Below the pieces are notes generated by a model. It was not told where the DNA came from. It made no database searches and saw nothing but the letters and a program-made list of their open reading frames with translations. A program made the translations under genes and the position numbers. Source: an uncultured archaeon (lineage in GTDB: Archaea > Thermoplasmatota > Penumbrarchaeia > JASLWR01). From it: DNA of 64,000 nucleotides. The DNA is taken from assembly GCA_964430885.1 (NCBI GenBank), contig CAYSHM010000001.1:187280-251279 (forward strand). Reading direction: 5' to 3'. Positions 9,860 through 19,732 of the stretch are shown piece after piece. Each line of letters opens with the position of its first letter. Within the stretch, counting starts at the first letter, position 1.

Positions 9860-11725
9860 ATGTATCAAAAAAATGGCCCGAGGACAATACCAATTTTATT
9901 ATTGACCTTTTTAATGATCTCTGTGTCTCTCTTCCTGTACCAAGATGATATTGAGCTATCGGCAACCTCGAATTTCCATTCTTCAAGAAACAATCCAGAG
10001 GTCCACATGGCCTTCTTTTTTGATCCAGAATGTCCTTCCTGTATGCATGTGAAGAACAATATCCTGCCTCCATTGGAGGAGAATCATACTAATCTGAAGG
10101 TATTTCAGCACAATGTCAAGGAGGAGGTCAGCAATCAGACATTAGCGTATGAGTTCATTAGCATATACAATGTTCCCTATGAGACCAGTTTTGATTATCC
10201 GCTGCTTTTCATTGGGGATAATTATTTTTCTTTTGAAAGTATCAGCTATGAATCCCTTTCAGCGACCATTTTATCCTACCAGGGGATTTATGTACCTCTT
10301 TATCCTGAATGGAACGTTTCCTGGTCTACGCAGGCGGCCCTATTTTACAATTCCACACATGAGGTGCAATCCGGCGGGACATGGTCCCAATCATTGGTTG
10401 AATCTTTTCCTGATACACATTTGAACAAATTATATTTTGATACGGCCTCTAGCAAGCTGAACCGAACACTATTTTACCATTATCAATTGGCCTACGGCCT
10501 GTCTGGAAATGAGACTGAACCAGTATTTTTCATGGGGAATGACAATGTAACCCTTCAAGGCGTTTTCATAAATTGGTCAAATATCAATGAAACCATAGTT
10601 AGGTATTCCGGAAAGAACATACCGCTAAAGAATGTGACCATCCCGGACTCGACTCCTTTCGGTGATGATACCATATGCGTTCTGGTGTTCCATACAACTA
10701 CCTGCAGCGAATGCTATAAGGCAGTGAACTACATCAAAGAATTGGAACATGAATATCCGCGGCTGAATGTCACTTACTATAATACTGCAAATCTTGATAA
10801 TCTAGCAAAGAAGGAAGCATATGCGAATCATTTTGATACCACCGCAGGCTCTCTTTTCGTAGTTATCGGAGATAATTATTTCAGCAGCTGGGCAAGTTTG
10901 AAGAGAGGATTTGAGGATAAAATTGATGAATATCCTGAAGGCTGTCAATGCCCGGATCCAGGGGACGGCGGCAAGGCAATAAAGGATCGTTTTGAGTCTT
11001 TTGTTCTATTGGGAATATTGGGGGCGGGTCTGATAGACGGTGTCAATCCGTGCGCTTTTGTAACGCTGATATTTTTCATTAGCTATCTCACAATAAGGCA
11101 GGAATCCAAAAAGGACATATTGCTGGTGGGAATCTCTTTCACAACAGGAATATTCGTTACCTATCTGCTTATGGGAATGGGACTTTACAAGATTGTAGGT
11201 TATGCCACGGGATTATCCACATTGTCGGCCTGGCTATATCCTATCACCGGTTTGGTAGCCCTTGTACTTGGTATATTCAGCATATATGATTACTACAAGG
11301 TTAAAAGTGGCAAGGCCGAGGATATGTCCCTTCAGCTGCCCGATTCGATTAAAAAACTGAACCGCAAGGTGATCAGGAGTCACAGCCGTTCCAAATATTT
11401 TGTAGGTTTGGCAGCTTTCACCGGAGTTGTGATATCCCTGCTGGAGTTCATGTGCACTGGTCAGGTTTATTTACCCACAATAGTGGGAATAATGACCTAT
11501 CCCAGCTACCGTGCTCAGGCCTTTTTCTATCTGGTCCTGTACAACCTTATGTTCATATTGCCTTTGGTGATTATACTGATGTTTGCTTATTGGGGTACAT
11601 CTTCACAGAAGATGGTCAAGGTTTTCCAAAAAAGATTGGGTTTTGTGAAGCTGCTGCTTGCCGGACTTTTCTTTGGTCTGGCAATATTCATGTTCTTTTA
11701 TTCCTGGGATCTTGGATTATTTTGA
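9860..11725 (+). CDS. Thioredoxin-like domains fused to a CcdA/DsbD-like membrane domain
   Basis: CPSC and CSEC motifs in Trx-like folds; GLIDGVNPCAF and LEFMCTGQVYLP membrane Cys motifs; about six TM helices. Confidence 0.8.
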   Translation: MYQKNGPRTIPILLLTFLMISVSLFLYQDDIELSATSNFHSSRNNPEVHMAFFFDPECPSCMHVKNNILPPLEENHTNLKVFQHNVKEEVSNQTLAYEFISIYNVPYETSFDYPLLFIGDNYFSFESISYESLSATILSYQGIYVPLYPEWNVSWSTQAALFYNSTHEVQSGGTWSQSLVESFPDTHLNKLYFDTASSKLNRTLFYHYQLAYGLSGNETEPVFFMGNDNVTLQGVFINWSNINETIVRYSGKNIPLKNVTIPDSTPFGDDTICVLVFHTTTCSECYKAVNYIKELEHEYPRLNVTYYNTANLDNLAKKEAYANHFDTTAGSLFVVIGDNYFSSWASLKRGFEDKIDEYPEGCQCPDPGDGGKAIKDRFESFVLLGILGAGLIDGVNPCAFVTLIFFISYLTIRQESKKDILLVGISFTTGIFVTYLLMGMGLYKIVGYATGLSTLSAWLYPITGLVALVLGIFSIYDYYKVKSGKAEDMSLQLPDSIKKLNRKVIRSHSRSKYFVGLAAFTGVVISLLEFMCTGQVYLPTIVGIMTYPSYRAQAFFYLVLYNLMFILPLVIILMFAYWGTSSQKMVKVFQKRLGFVKLLLAGLFFGLAIFMFFYSWDLGLF

Positions 11726-11776
11726 TCCTGTATTCAGGTATTGTTTTATTTATGATGGCCCTTTATACTGTAATAA

Positions 11777-12742
11777 ATGGGTGATATTTTGGAGAAATTT
11801 ATTGAATATTCAGATTTCAGAGAGATTACCAAGGACATAGAGAATATGAGGATTCGGGGAGCCAATAAAATTGCCCGAATGGCCGCTTTTGCTCTGTCAC
11901 TTTTCGCTCGGGGATATCAAGGAGATTCCGACCAGTATTTCAGTGCTCTTTTAGATGTGGCAGTTACACTATATAAGACCAGGCCTACCGCAGTATCCTT
12001 GGAGAACGCTCTACTTCACGTGCTGAACAGGATTAGTGAAAAATCCATTAAGGATCAGAAGGAAGCAACCATTATTGCTTCAGAAATTTTCATCAAGAAA
12101 GCATTGAGTGCCCAGGATGAGGTGGCAGAACGGGCCGCAAGCATTTTAGAGGACAGTTCGACCATCCACACACACTGTAATTCCACTGCCGTAGTGGAGG
12201 CTATGAAACATGCCGGAGACATGGGGAAGGAAATTTTGGTTCATTCCAGTGAGACTAGGCCAAGATTTCAGGGTAGGATAACAGTAACGGAACTCGCCAA
12301 GGCCAATATCAAATGCAGAATGATGGTGGATTCGGCCGCCCGGCTTTTCATGGATGATGTGGATTTTGTCATGGTAGGCGCAGATACCGTAACAAACGAT
12401 GGTGCTCTGTTCAATAAGATAGGGACTCACCAGATAGCACTTGCCGCCAGGGATTGTTCGGTACCATTTTATTGTTTGGCGGAAACTTTCAAGCTTTCGC
12501 CCAGGACCATGGAGGGCCATCATACAAAAATCGAGATGAGATCTCCCGAAGAGATTATAGGTGATATTGATAAACCATTACCCGGTGGCATCCAAGTTCT
12601 CAATCCAGCTTTCGATAGGACGCCTCCTGATTTGATAAAGGGAATAATAACCGAAAGGGGAATTTTCAGACCGGATCAGATATCCGCAGTTATTCATGAG
12701 ATGTATGAAGGAAAGAAATACGACTATTTCTATGATATTTGA
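11777..12742 (+). CDS. Ribose-1,5-bisphosphate isomerase (eIF-2B family)
   Basis: IRGA, TRPTAVSL, THCNS, ETRPRFQG, GADTV, NKIGT, NPAFD.TP motifs. Confidence 0.85.
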   Translation: MGDILEKFIEYSDFREITKDIENMRIRGANKIARMAAFALSLFARGYQGDSDQYFSALLDVAVTLYKTRPTAVSLENALLHVLNRISEKSIKDQKEATIIASEIFIKKALSAQDEVAERAASILEDSSTIHTHCNSTAVVEAMKHAGDMGKEILVHSSETRPRFQGRITVTELAKANIKCRMMVDSAARLFMDDVDFVMVGADTVTNDGALFNKIGTHQIALAARDCSVPFYCLAETFKLSPRTMEGHHTKIEMRSPEEIIGDIDKPLPGGIQVLNPAFDRTPPDLIKGIITERGIFRPDQISAVIHEMYEGKKYDYFYDI

Positions 12743-12773
12743 GCCACATTCAATTCCGAATCAAGATGGTAAC

Positions 12774-13712
12774 ATGATAAGATGCGATAGGTGCGGGAAA
12801 AGAGCAATAATATTCACTCGGTACAGTGGATTACATCTCTGCGAGAATCATTTCGATGAATTTTTCATGAAAAGGGTGAAACGTGAGATAAGAAAGCAGG
12901 TAGATCTGAAAAAAGTAAAAACACTGGTAGTGGCTTTATCCGGTGGTAAGGATTCTGGATCTGCATTATTGGTATTGAAAAGAATATTGGGCAAAATCCC
13001 CGCCCTCAAGATCATAGCATTATCTATCAATGAAGGAATATCCGGTTATAGGGGGGCTTCAATTGAAGCAGCTGGCCTTCTGTGTGAAATGCTGAAAATT
13101 GAACACATGATTGTTTCCTTCGAGGATGTCATTGGATTGACCATTGATGAAGTGACCTTACTGAACACTGCTCTGACTCCCTGTTCATACTGCGGTGTAT
13201 GGAGGAAAAAGTGTCTTAACATAGCGGCCAAGGATATGGGCGCCGATGCTCTGGTGATGGGCCATAATCTTGACGACATGGCACAATCAATACTTATGAA
13301 TGTATTCAAGGCAGAGGTGGATAGGATGCTCAGAATGGGTCCGCATAGAAGGATAATACCTGGTTTCATCCCTCGAATAATGCCCTTCAAAACAATTCCT
13401 GAAAAGGAAACCTTTATCTGGGCGGAGTTGAATGAGATCCCCTTTGTCGAAGATTCTTGTCCTAACTCAGTGACAGCTCATCGGGGTTTGTTCAGGGATG
13501 TTCTTAATATGGTTGAAAGGAACACACCGGGGACCAGACACAGACTGCTGAAAACCTACGAGACCATCTATGCGATGAATGATAATAGGGACCTTATTCC
13601 AAAGTTAAATAAATGCACTGTTTGCTACGAACCAACTTCAGGCGAGAAATGTCAAGCCTGCCTTTTTCAAATAGAGATTAAGAAAATGCTGCAGGAAGCA
13701 AAAGCAGATTGA
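12774..13712 (+). CDS. ncsA: tRNA 2-thiolation protein (TIGR00269, NcsA/TtuA family)
   Basis: N-terminal Zn finger CDRC..LCENH; PP-loop SGGKDS; CSYC; GHNLDD; C-terminal CTVC..CQAC. Start moved to ATG 12774 to avoid overlap with the upstream gene. Confidence 0.85.
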   Translation: MIRCDRCGKRAIIFTRYSGLHLCENHFDEFFMKRVKREIRKQVDLKKVKTLVVALSGGKDSGSALLVLKRILGKIPALKIIALSINEGISGYRGASIEAAGLLCEMLKIEHMIVSFEDVIGLTIDEVTLLNTALTPCSYCGVWRKKCLNIAAKDMGADALVMGHNLDDMAQSILMNVFKAEVDRMLRMGPHRRIIPGFIPRIMPFKTIPEKETFIWAELNEIPFVEDSCPNSVTAHRGLFRDVLNMVERNTPGTRHRLLKTYETIYAMNDNRDLIPKLNKCTVCYEPTSGEKCQACLFQIEIKKMLQEAKAD

Positions 13713-13953
13713 TATATTATTGCTGTCAGCATTGCTGGCTTTTAATTATTCATTAATCAAAATGAATTGGTCAGTCATGATAACTAGTCGATTTAGAATA
13801 TTAAGCTCCAGATTTTCACGGTTCTTGAAATAATATTAATAATAATGTCGCCGGTGAGTTTGATGATGATTATGAATTATATTATTTTGGAAAATATTTA
13901 AATAATTATTATATTATTGTTTCATGCCTGAGTAATTCATCAACTGAGGTTGT

Positions 13954-15114
13954 TTGCATATGGTAAGGTACACATATGTTTTCATGTCCATTTCTCTGGG
14001 TTTTTTACTGCTTTTGACAATTATGATAATCATATTTTTCAGTCAAAGAAGAAGGAGAATTAAGGTCGCGAAGATTAAAGAAAAATCCGAGAATGATGTC
14101 ATAGCAGAGCCTATAGTAAACAATGAGGAATCTGTAATAGATTGCGATAATCTCCCTGTGATACCAGTTTCAAGGGATATGGGACATGGTATTGATTTGG
14201 ACCCAAATGCTGAAGAGAAATCCGAAAAAAGACCTATAATGATAGTGGCAGAAAATACCAAGGAGTTCGGCTATAATCTTTTCAGAATAAATGAATCAAC
14301 ATCGTGCGATATATGTTTCGGAGAGATGAAGGAGGGATTGTTGGCAGTAGGGTGTAATTGCGGGAAGAAATATCATGATCAGTGCCTTCTCAGAGTTGGA
14401 GAATGTTCAAATTGCCGCGTAGTGTTTTCATACCGAGAAATGAAGGAAGCAGAGGAGAGTTACACTCCAAGTGTTAACCTCGGAACCGGTTCTGATAAAA
14501 CAAAGACTTCAAAAAAATCGGGAGTCAAGGAAAAATTAAAAATAGAAATAGAGGGCAAATCGCCGCAAATAAAAACTAACAATCAAAAGGGAAAGGCTCC
14601 AGTAAAAAGTATTGAGCGCCAAATTGAAGATGTCTTTGTTGAAGAAGATTTGGAATTAAAAATTGAACTTGAGGAGCCGCAGAAAAGCTCTCGCACAGCT
14701 AGTAAATCGAAAAAAGAAATCGCTTTGAAGAAAAAAAGGTTCTTTCCTTCAAAAGATGAACCTGCTCTAGTAATTATTGATCGCTCAGTGAACTGCAAGA
14801 TATGTTTTGGGACTATTAAGAGCGGTTTGGAAGTTATTCACTGTTCCTGTGGCAAAGTCCACCATTCGTCATGTGCTATAAGAGTGGGAGAATGTCCGTA
14901 CTGTTCCAGTGATTACTCCGGTTTTCTTAAGGATGCCGATGAGAATGCCCTTATAGAAAATGTTATGGATAGTAAAACCGGAACGAGCGAGAAATTCGAG
15001 AATAAGATACCGCATGATAAAGATGATGATCTTTTACTCCAGCTGAAGAAGCGTCTGGTGAACGGGGATATAAGTATTGAAGAATTCTACCGTATGAGAA
15101 AAGTCATAGAATGA
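13954..15114 (+). CDS. Membrane-anchored protein with two C4HC3 RING-like fingers and a SHOCT-like C-terminus
   Basis: N-terminal TM followed by RRRR; two copies of C-x2-C-x12-C-x-C-x4-H-x2-C-x6-C-x2-C; LKKRLVNGDISIEEF. Confidence 0.75.
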   Translation: MHMVRYTYVFMSISLGFLLLLTIMIIIFFSQRRRRIKVAKIKEKSENDVIAEPIVNNEESVIDCDNLPVIPVSRDMGHGIDLDPNAEEKSEKRPIMIVAENTKEFGYNLFRINESTSCDICFGEMKEGLLAVGCNCGKKYHDQCLLRVGECSNCRVVFSYREMKEAEESYTPSVNLGTGSDKTKTSKKSGVKEKLKIEIEGKSPQIKTNNQKGKAPVKSIERQIEDVFVEEDLELKIELEEPQKSSRTASKSKKEIALKKKRFFPSKDEPALVIIDRSVNCKICFGTIKSGLEVIHCSCGKVHHSSCAIRVGECPYCSSDYSGFLKDADENALIENVMDSKTGTSEKFENKIPHDKDDDLLLQLKKRLVNGDISIEEFYRMRKVIE

Positions 15115-15131
15115 AATTCAATTATCCAATC

Positions 15132-16784
15132 CTACATTTCCTTCTCCCTTAGCTCCTTTCTCTTTATCTTTCCCGATATTGTCTTTGGAAGATCCTTAAC
15201 GTATTCAATTATCCTCGGATATTTGTATGGTGCAGTGGTTCTTTTGACATAATCCTGTATATCCATTGTGAGTTCATCAGAGGGTTCGTAATCCTTGGCT
15301 AGTATAATGTAGGCTTTTACAAGTATACCTCTTATTCCCTTTGGATCATCGACCCCTATTACAGCACATTCAGCAACCGAGGGATGCTCCATTAAAGCGG
15401 ATTCCACTTCGAAAGGTCCGATCCGGTATCCGGATGATTTGATGACATCATCGTCTCTGCCCACGAACCAGAAATAACCTTCAGCATCCTTATAGGCTCT
15501 ATCCCCGGTAAAATAGAAATCATGCAGGAACGCCTTTGACATAGCTTCCTCGTCCTTCCAGTATTCTTTGAGAAGACCAGGGGGTATTTCATCACCAAGG
15601 TAAATGGCGATGTTTCCCTCTTCCATGGGTTCCATTTCATTTCCCTCATCGTCCACTATCCTTACGTCATGACCAGGGGTTGGTTTCCCCACTGATCCGT
15701 ACTTGATCTTCATAAAAGGGAAGTTTGACAGCAAACATACGGTTTCGGTCTGCCCGTAAAAATCATAGATGTCAAGATCGAATGTCTCTTTCCATACCTT
15801 GATAACCTCAGGGTTCAATGGTTCTCCCGCTGACATGCAGTGTCTCAATTGCAGGTTATATTTCCCAAGGTCCTTTTGTATGAGAATCCTGTAAACTGTA
15901 GGCGGCGCGCAGAAGCTGGTGACGCCGTGTCTTTCCATGGCTCTAAGCAGACCGTCAGGGTCAAATCTTCCTGGTGTTTCCCATTGAATTATGGCTGCGC
16001 CAACTATCATCTGGCCGAAGAGTTTACCCCAGGCAGCCTTTGCCCAACCGGTTTCAGAGATGGTCCAGTGAAGGTCTGAGGATTTCAGGGCCTGGGCGAA
16101 TCTCGCGGTCACTTCATGTCCCATTGCATATGAATGATTATGAAGTACCATTTTGGGCTGTCCAGTCGTACCGGAAGTAAAGTACAGGAGCATGGGTTCA
16201 TCAGATCTGGTGGATTCCAATTTTTCAATGTCCAGATAGGGGGATACCTTTTTCATTTCTGCCTTGAAATGAAGCCATTCCAGAACTGGTGCGTCAACAA
16301 CCATTTTATGTTCAAGTGTGGGGCATTCTGCCGCGACTCTCTCCACTCTTCCCACATGGTTGACATCGGTAATGACCATGTTGGCTCCGGCCCGGTTGAT
16401 TCGGTATTTGACATCCTTTGAAGTGAGAAGTACCGTACCGGGCATGGGTATGACACCCATCTTGAACATACCTATTAAGACAATATACCATTCAGGTATG
16501 GACTCCAGCATGACAAGCGCTCGGTCCCCTTTCTTGATGCCTAGGTTCTTTAGGACATTTACAAATCTATCAGAAAGTCTCTTAAGGTCATAAAAAGTGT
16601 GATAACTGGCTTTCTCGCCGTCTGGGTGGATGGAGACGAGAGCCAGTTTTGTTCTGTCCTTGGCCCATTTGTCCACCACCTCAAATCCAAAATTATAATA
16701 TTCTGGAACGTCCCAATGGAATTCCTTGTAAAGCTTTTCATAGGTGATATTTTTTTCAAGTAGTCTCTCCTGCTGTTTTTCCAT
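15132..16784 (-). CDS. AMP-forming acyl-CoA synthetase (ACSM/acetyl-CoA synthetase-like)
   Basis: YFTSGTTGQPK, YGQTE, TGD, GRDDDVIKSSGYRIGP, PKTISGK motifs; start at MEKQQ preceded by an AGGTGA RBS. Confidence 0.9.
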   Translation of the reverse strand: MEKQQERLLEKNITYEKLYKEFHWDVPEYYNFGFEVVDKWAKDRTKLALVSIHPDGEKASYHTFYDLKRLSDRFVNVLKNLGIKKGDRALVMLESIPEWYIVLIGMFKMGVIPMPGTVLLTSKDVKYRINRAGANMVITDVNHVGRVERVAAECPTLEHKMVVDAPVLEWLHFKAEMKKVSPYLDIEKLESTRSDEPMLLYFTSGTTGQPKMVLHNHSYAMGHEVTARFAQALKSSDLHWTISETGWAKAAWGKLFGQMIVGAAIIQWETPGRFDPDGLLRAMERHGVTSFCAPPTVYRILIQKDLGKYNLQLRHCMSAGEPLNPEVIKVWKETFDLDIYDFYGQTETVCLLSNFPFMKIKYGSVGKPTPGHDVRIVDDEGNEMEPMEEGNIAIYLGDEIPPGLLKEYWKDEEAMSKAFLHDFYFTGDRAYKDAEGYFWFVGRDDDVIKSSGYRIGPFEVESALMEHPSVAECAVIGVDDPKGIRGILVKAYIILAKDYEPSDELTMDIQDYVKRTTAPYKYPRIIEYVKDLPKTISGKIKRKELREKEM

Positions 16785-17104
16785 TAGTTTCACCTTTTTT
16801 GATGTTTCATCCTTAAGAAAACACTTCTTGGATAAATGAATCTTCATTCTCATATAAAATATAGTTCATGGCTGCTTAATTGTAATGATATATACTTAAC
16901 CATTACCATTTTTTTTATCATATTTGCTTTCAACTATGTAGATGAAATATAAATGGATAATTAAGTGTTCTGGCAAAGATTACAATTTCTCGTTCTTCAC
17001 AGTTTGATCCGAAAATATTCCGAGTGAAATATTTAATTAGCATTTCATCATAGAATTGACATAAATATATAAAATTTATTAGTAAGGAATTAATTCCTTT
17101 TTGA

Positions 17105-17512
17105 TTAATTTTTCGGAACCCGTTGGGCCAATTTTCCCCTCGGCTCATTTTCCAAGCGCATAAGTCCTATCTGCAGGAGTGTTTCAATGAAGGCCCAAAC
17201 CCTCCTGCTGACGGGTTCTATCCGTTCCTGGAACTCACCGTCCATTATTGTACATATTTCGGCAAAATTCCTTCTTCCATCACTTAGAAGCCATATTCTG
17301 GATCCCATGTCATCCAATGGTCTGCGGATCAGTTCAGGACCGCCTATCTTTCTCTGGATCCTTCTCTCGAAATCCTTGAGGTTCTTTCTATAAGAAATGA
17401 CCACAATCCCTTTTCTCATATCCCACTTGACAGGATTTCTAACTGGATAGATGCTAGTTACTCTTTTTAGAATGACTTCGGTATTTTTTTCTTTTGAAGA
17501 AGAAGGTTCCAT
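17105..17512 (-). CDS. PqqD-family (RRE-fold) protein
   Basis: LDDMGSRIWLLSDGRRNFAEIC..F.E..EP...RV..FI..L...GL pattern. Confidence 0.7.
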   Translation of the reverse strand: MEPSSSKEKNTEVILKRVTSIYPVRNPVKWDMRKGIVVISYRKNLKDFERRIQRKIGGPELIRRPLDDMGSRIWLLSDGRRNFAEICTIMDGEFQERIEPVSRRVWAFIETLLQIGLMRLENEPRGKLAQRVPKN

Positions 17513-17578
17513 GGGCTATCTCCAATGAAAATTGATTTTAATAGATATTGATGAAAAAGAACATTGCAGGGACTCGAT

Positions 17579-19222
17579 TCAGGCATTGATATTCTGAATC
17601 TCGGGTCTGCAGTTCATGAAATCGATGACAGTGGCTTTAAGGTCCTTCAGATTTACAACTGTTACTTTAGCCGGAACCGGGTCGAAATTATGCCTTTTCT
17701 GGTAATCGGTCTGGGATTGCCAGGTGGAACCGTTAATAAGAAGCGTCTTGCGGTAAATATCCACTCCGAAAGAATGGGTGTGCCCGGTGAGGAATATGTC
17801 CGGTTCAGGATCAATGACCAGATAGTCTTCCTTTTCAGGGGCCAATGGCGTTTTCATACCATACATCGGAAGTATGTGTCTTCTATCCAACATTTGCTTC
17901 ATGGATTCTATGGGGTTGGTGTAATTCAGTTCGGAGCGTATTGTAATCCAATCGTCTATGGCAGCTCCGTGATATGCCAAAACTCTCACACCGTTCAGTT
18001 GGAACATGGAAGGATTCCCTAGAAAGGTGACCCTAGAATTGAATAGATCCCTAATATCCTCTTTGAGGGCAGGTTGAGGTTCAGAAGGTCTGACAGCGTC
18101 GTGATTTCCGGGTATGATGACGGTGGAAATATGTTCAGGCAGCACATCCAAATATTTGGCCAGCATTTTGTACTGCATATCAATATCAACAATATCAAGG
18201 TCAAATTTCTGATTTGGATATATCCCTATTCCATCAGCCACATCCCCGCCCATGACAATATATTTTATCTTGTTCACAAGTTCAGACCCGGATTCAAACC
18301 CTCCATTCAGCCATTTGACGAATGCCATCCACTGGTTTTCTAAAAATGTTTTTGATCCCAAATGTATATCTGATATGAAAACAGCATATATTTCCTCACT
18401 GCAGAGGTTGTTTTTCCGGCTCCAGTTGATGGAAGGCCTAGTAATCCCATCAACGTAGAACCGGTCCCTTTTCCTGTTGGGCCTTCCCATTACCCCAATG
18501 ACCTCATCATGAACCATGTCCCGAGGTATAGGTTTAGGTCCTTTCTGCTCGTCTGGGATAATACAGATCATTGTTCCTGAGTCATCTTCCAGCTCAAAGC
18601 CGTATACTTTGCCTTCCTTGTTAGACCGAATATCGGCAACCAAACCCACGAGTTTCTGCGATTCATTACTGTCGTACAACTGTCGGCTTCCCGATCTAAG
18701 CTGAGCTACTGAGGTAACAGGACTTCTGTCCTTTTGTATGATTTCCTTCAATTTCGAAAAACGGGAGTTGAAAAGATTAATGAAATCTGTTTTTTCCCCT
18801 TCGCACAATGATTTTCCGGTGATATCCCTATCAATAGTTATACTGGATTCAATTGAGCTGTAGCCAGGTTCAACTTTGAAAGAGGGTTCGAAATTTTTTG
18901 CAAAACCCAAGGGCTTATTCTCATTATCGCATTCTAAAGTGAAGGGTGGGATGCATTCTAGTTCATCTGAAGATATGTCCTCCCCTTCTTCCTCGGATTC
19001 ATCAGGGTGGTCATTTTCAAGTTCTTCTTTGTTTTCCAAGACATGGTGGATAGTGCCCAGGTCTATTATTCTAGAACCATAGATTCTCAATAATGGGATT
19101 AGACCCTCGATAAATACTTTGGGCTCCTTTTGTTTTGCAATATATTCAGTTGCAGGGCCGTTTATGAGCCAACCTTTTCGGGCAAAAATTCCTGCTATGG
19201 TTCCCTTCATTATCTCTACCAT
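17579..19222 (-). CDS. polB: DNA polymerase D small subunit (DP1)
   Basis: OB-fold region followed by calcineurin-like phosphoesterase motifs SDIHLGS, GDVADG, PGNHDA, YHG, GHTH, NGSTWQSQT; start set at MVEIMKG. Confidence 0.93.
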   Translation of the reverse strand: MVEIMKGTIAGIFARKGWLINGPATEYIAKQKEPKVFIEGLIPLLRIYGSRIIDLGTIHHVLENKEELENDHPDESEEEGEDISSDELECIPPFTLECDNENKPLGFAKNFEPSFKVEPGYSSIESSITIDRDITGKSLCEGEKTDFINLFNSRFSKLKEIIQKDRSPVTSVAQLRSGSRQLYDSNESQKLVGLVADIRSNKEGKVYGFELEDDSGTMICIIPDEQKGPKPIPRDMVHDEVIGVMGRPNRKRDRFYVDGITRPSINWSRKNNLCSEEIYAVFISDIHLGSKTFLENQWMAFVKWLNGGFESGSELVNKIKYIVMGGDVADGIGIYPNQKFDLDIVDIDMQYKMLAKYLDVLPEHISTVIIPGNHDAVRPSEPQPALKEDIRDLFNSRVTFLGNPSMFQLNGVRVLAYHGAAIDDWITIRSELNYTNPIESMKQMLDRRHILPMYGMKTPLAPEKEDYLVIDPEPDIFLTGHTHSFGVDIYRKTLLINGSTWQSQTDYQKRHNFDPVPAKVTVVNLKDLKATVIDFMNCRPEIQNINA

Positions 19223-19732
19223 AACCGCCCGCAGTCTAAATAATTTATGCTCACATATTCCCCATTTCATACAACTAGTTAAAACCCCTGGCTGAATGTA
19301 CATGAAACAGTATTGATGAAATATGAAGCGGTAGTTGGAGTGAGAAGAATTAAAAAGGGATTTGGCTGATTGGGTTGAAAGTATTACCTTATAAATAATC
19401 GCTGAATTAATCCATATATATTTATTAGTGTTCCTCATTGTTGGTGTTTATTGAACCTGACAGCTATAGGGCCTAACCTGGTGTTAGATATATGTCCAAA
19501 GCAAGTCAGGTGAGATGATCAACCTATATTCAATATGCAGTCTTATATCCAATCTGATCAGATGCATATGTTCGATATATTAACTAGGAATATACCTGTC
19601 ATTTACAGCAGGGTATATTGCAGAGTGTAAACTTTGAAGAAAATCAAAGGACCGTATTGGGATCCGATTCATGATCCAATATGGATTCTTTAGTATGGAA
19701 TAATTTAAATCGATGCAACAGCCAAAATCTAT

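Noticed and set aside
19223-19438. 72-aa N-terminal extension of DP1 in the ORF track
   Set aside because: Looks like translated intergenic sequence; a more plausible start is at 19222 or 19210. No intein is evident in DP1
19223-19732. Possible replication origin upstream of DP1
   Set aside because: A few G-tracts are present but no convincing repeated ORB motif, and there is no cdc6/orc1 gene in the window
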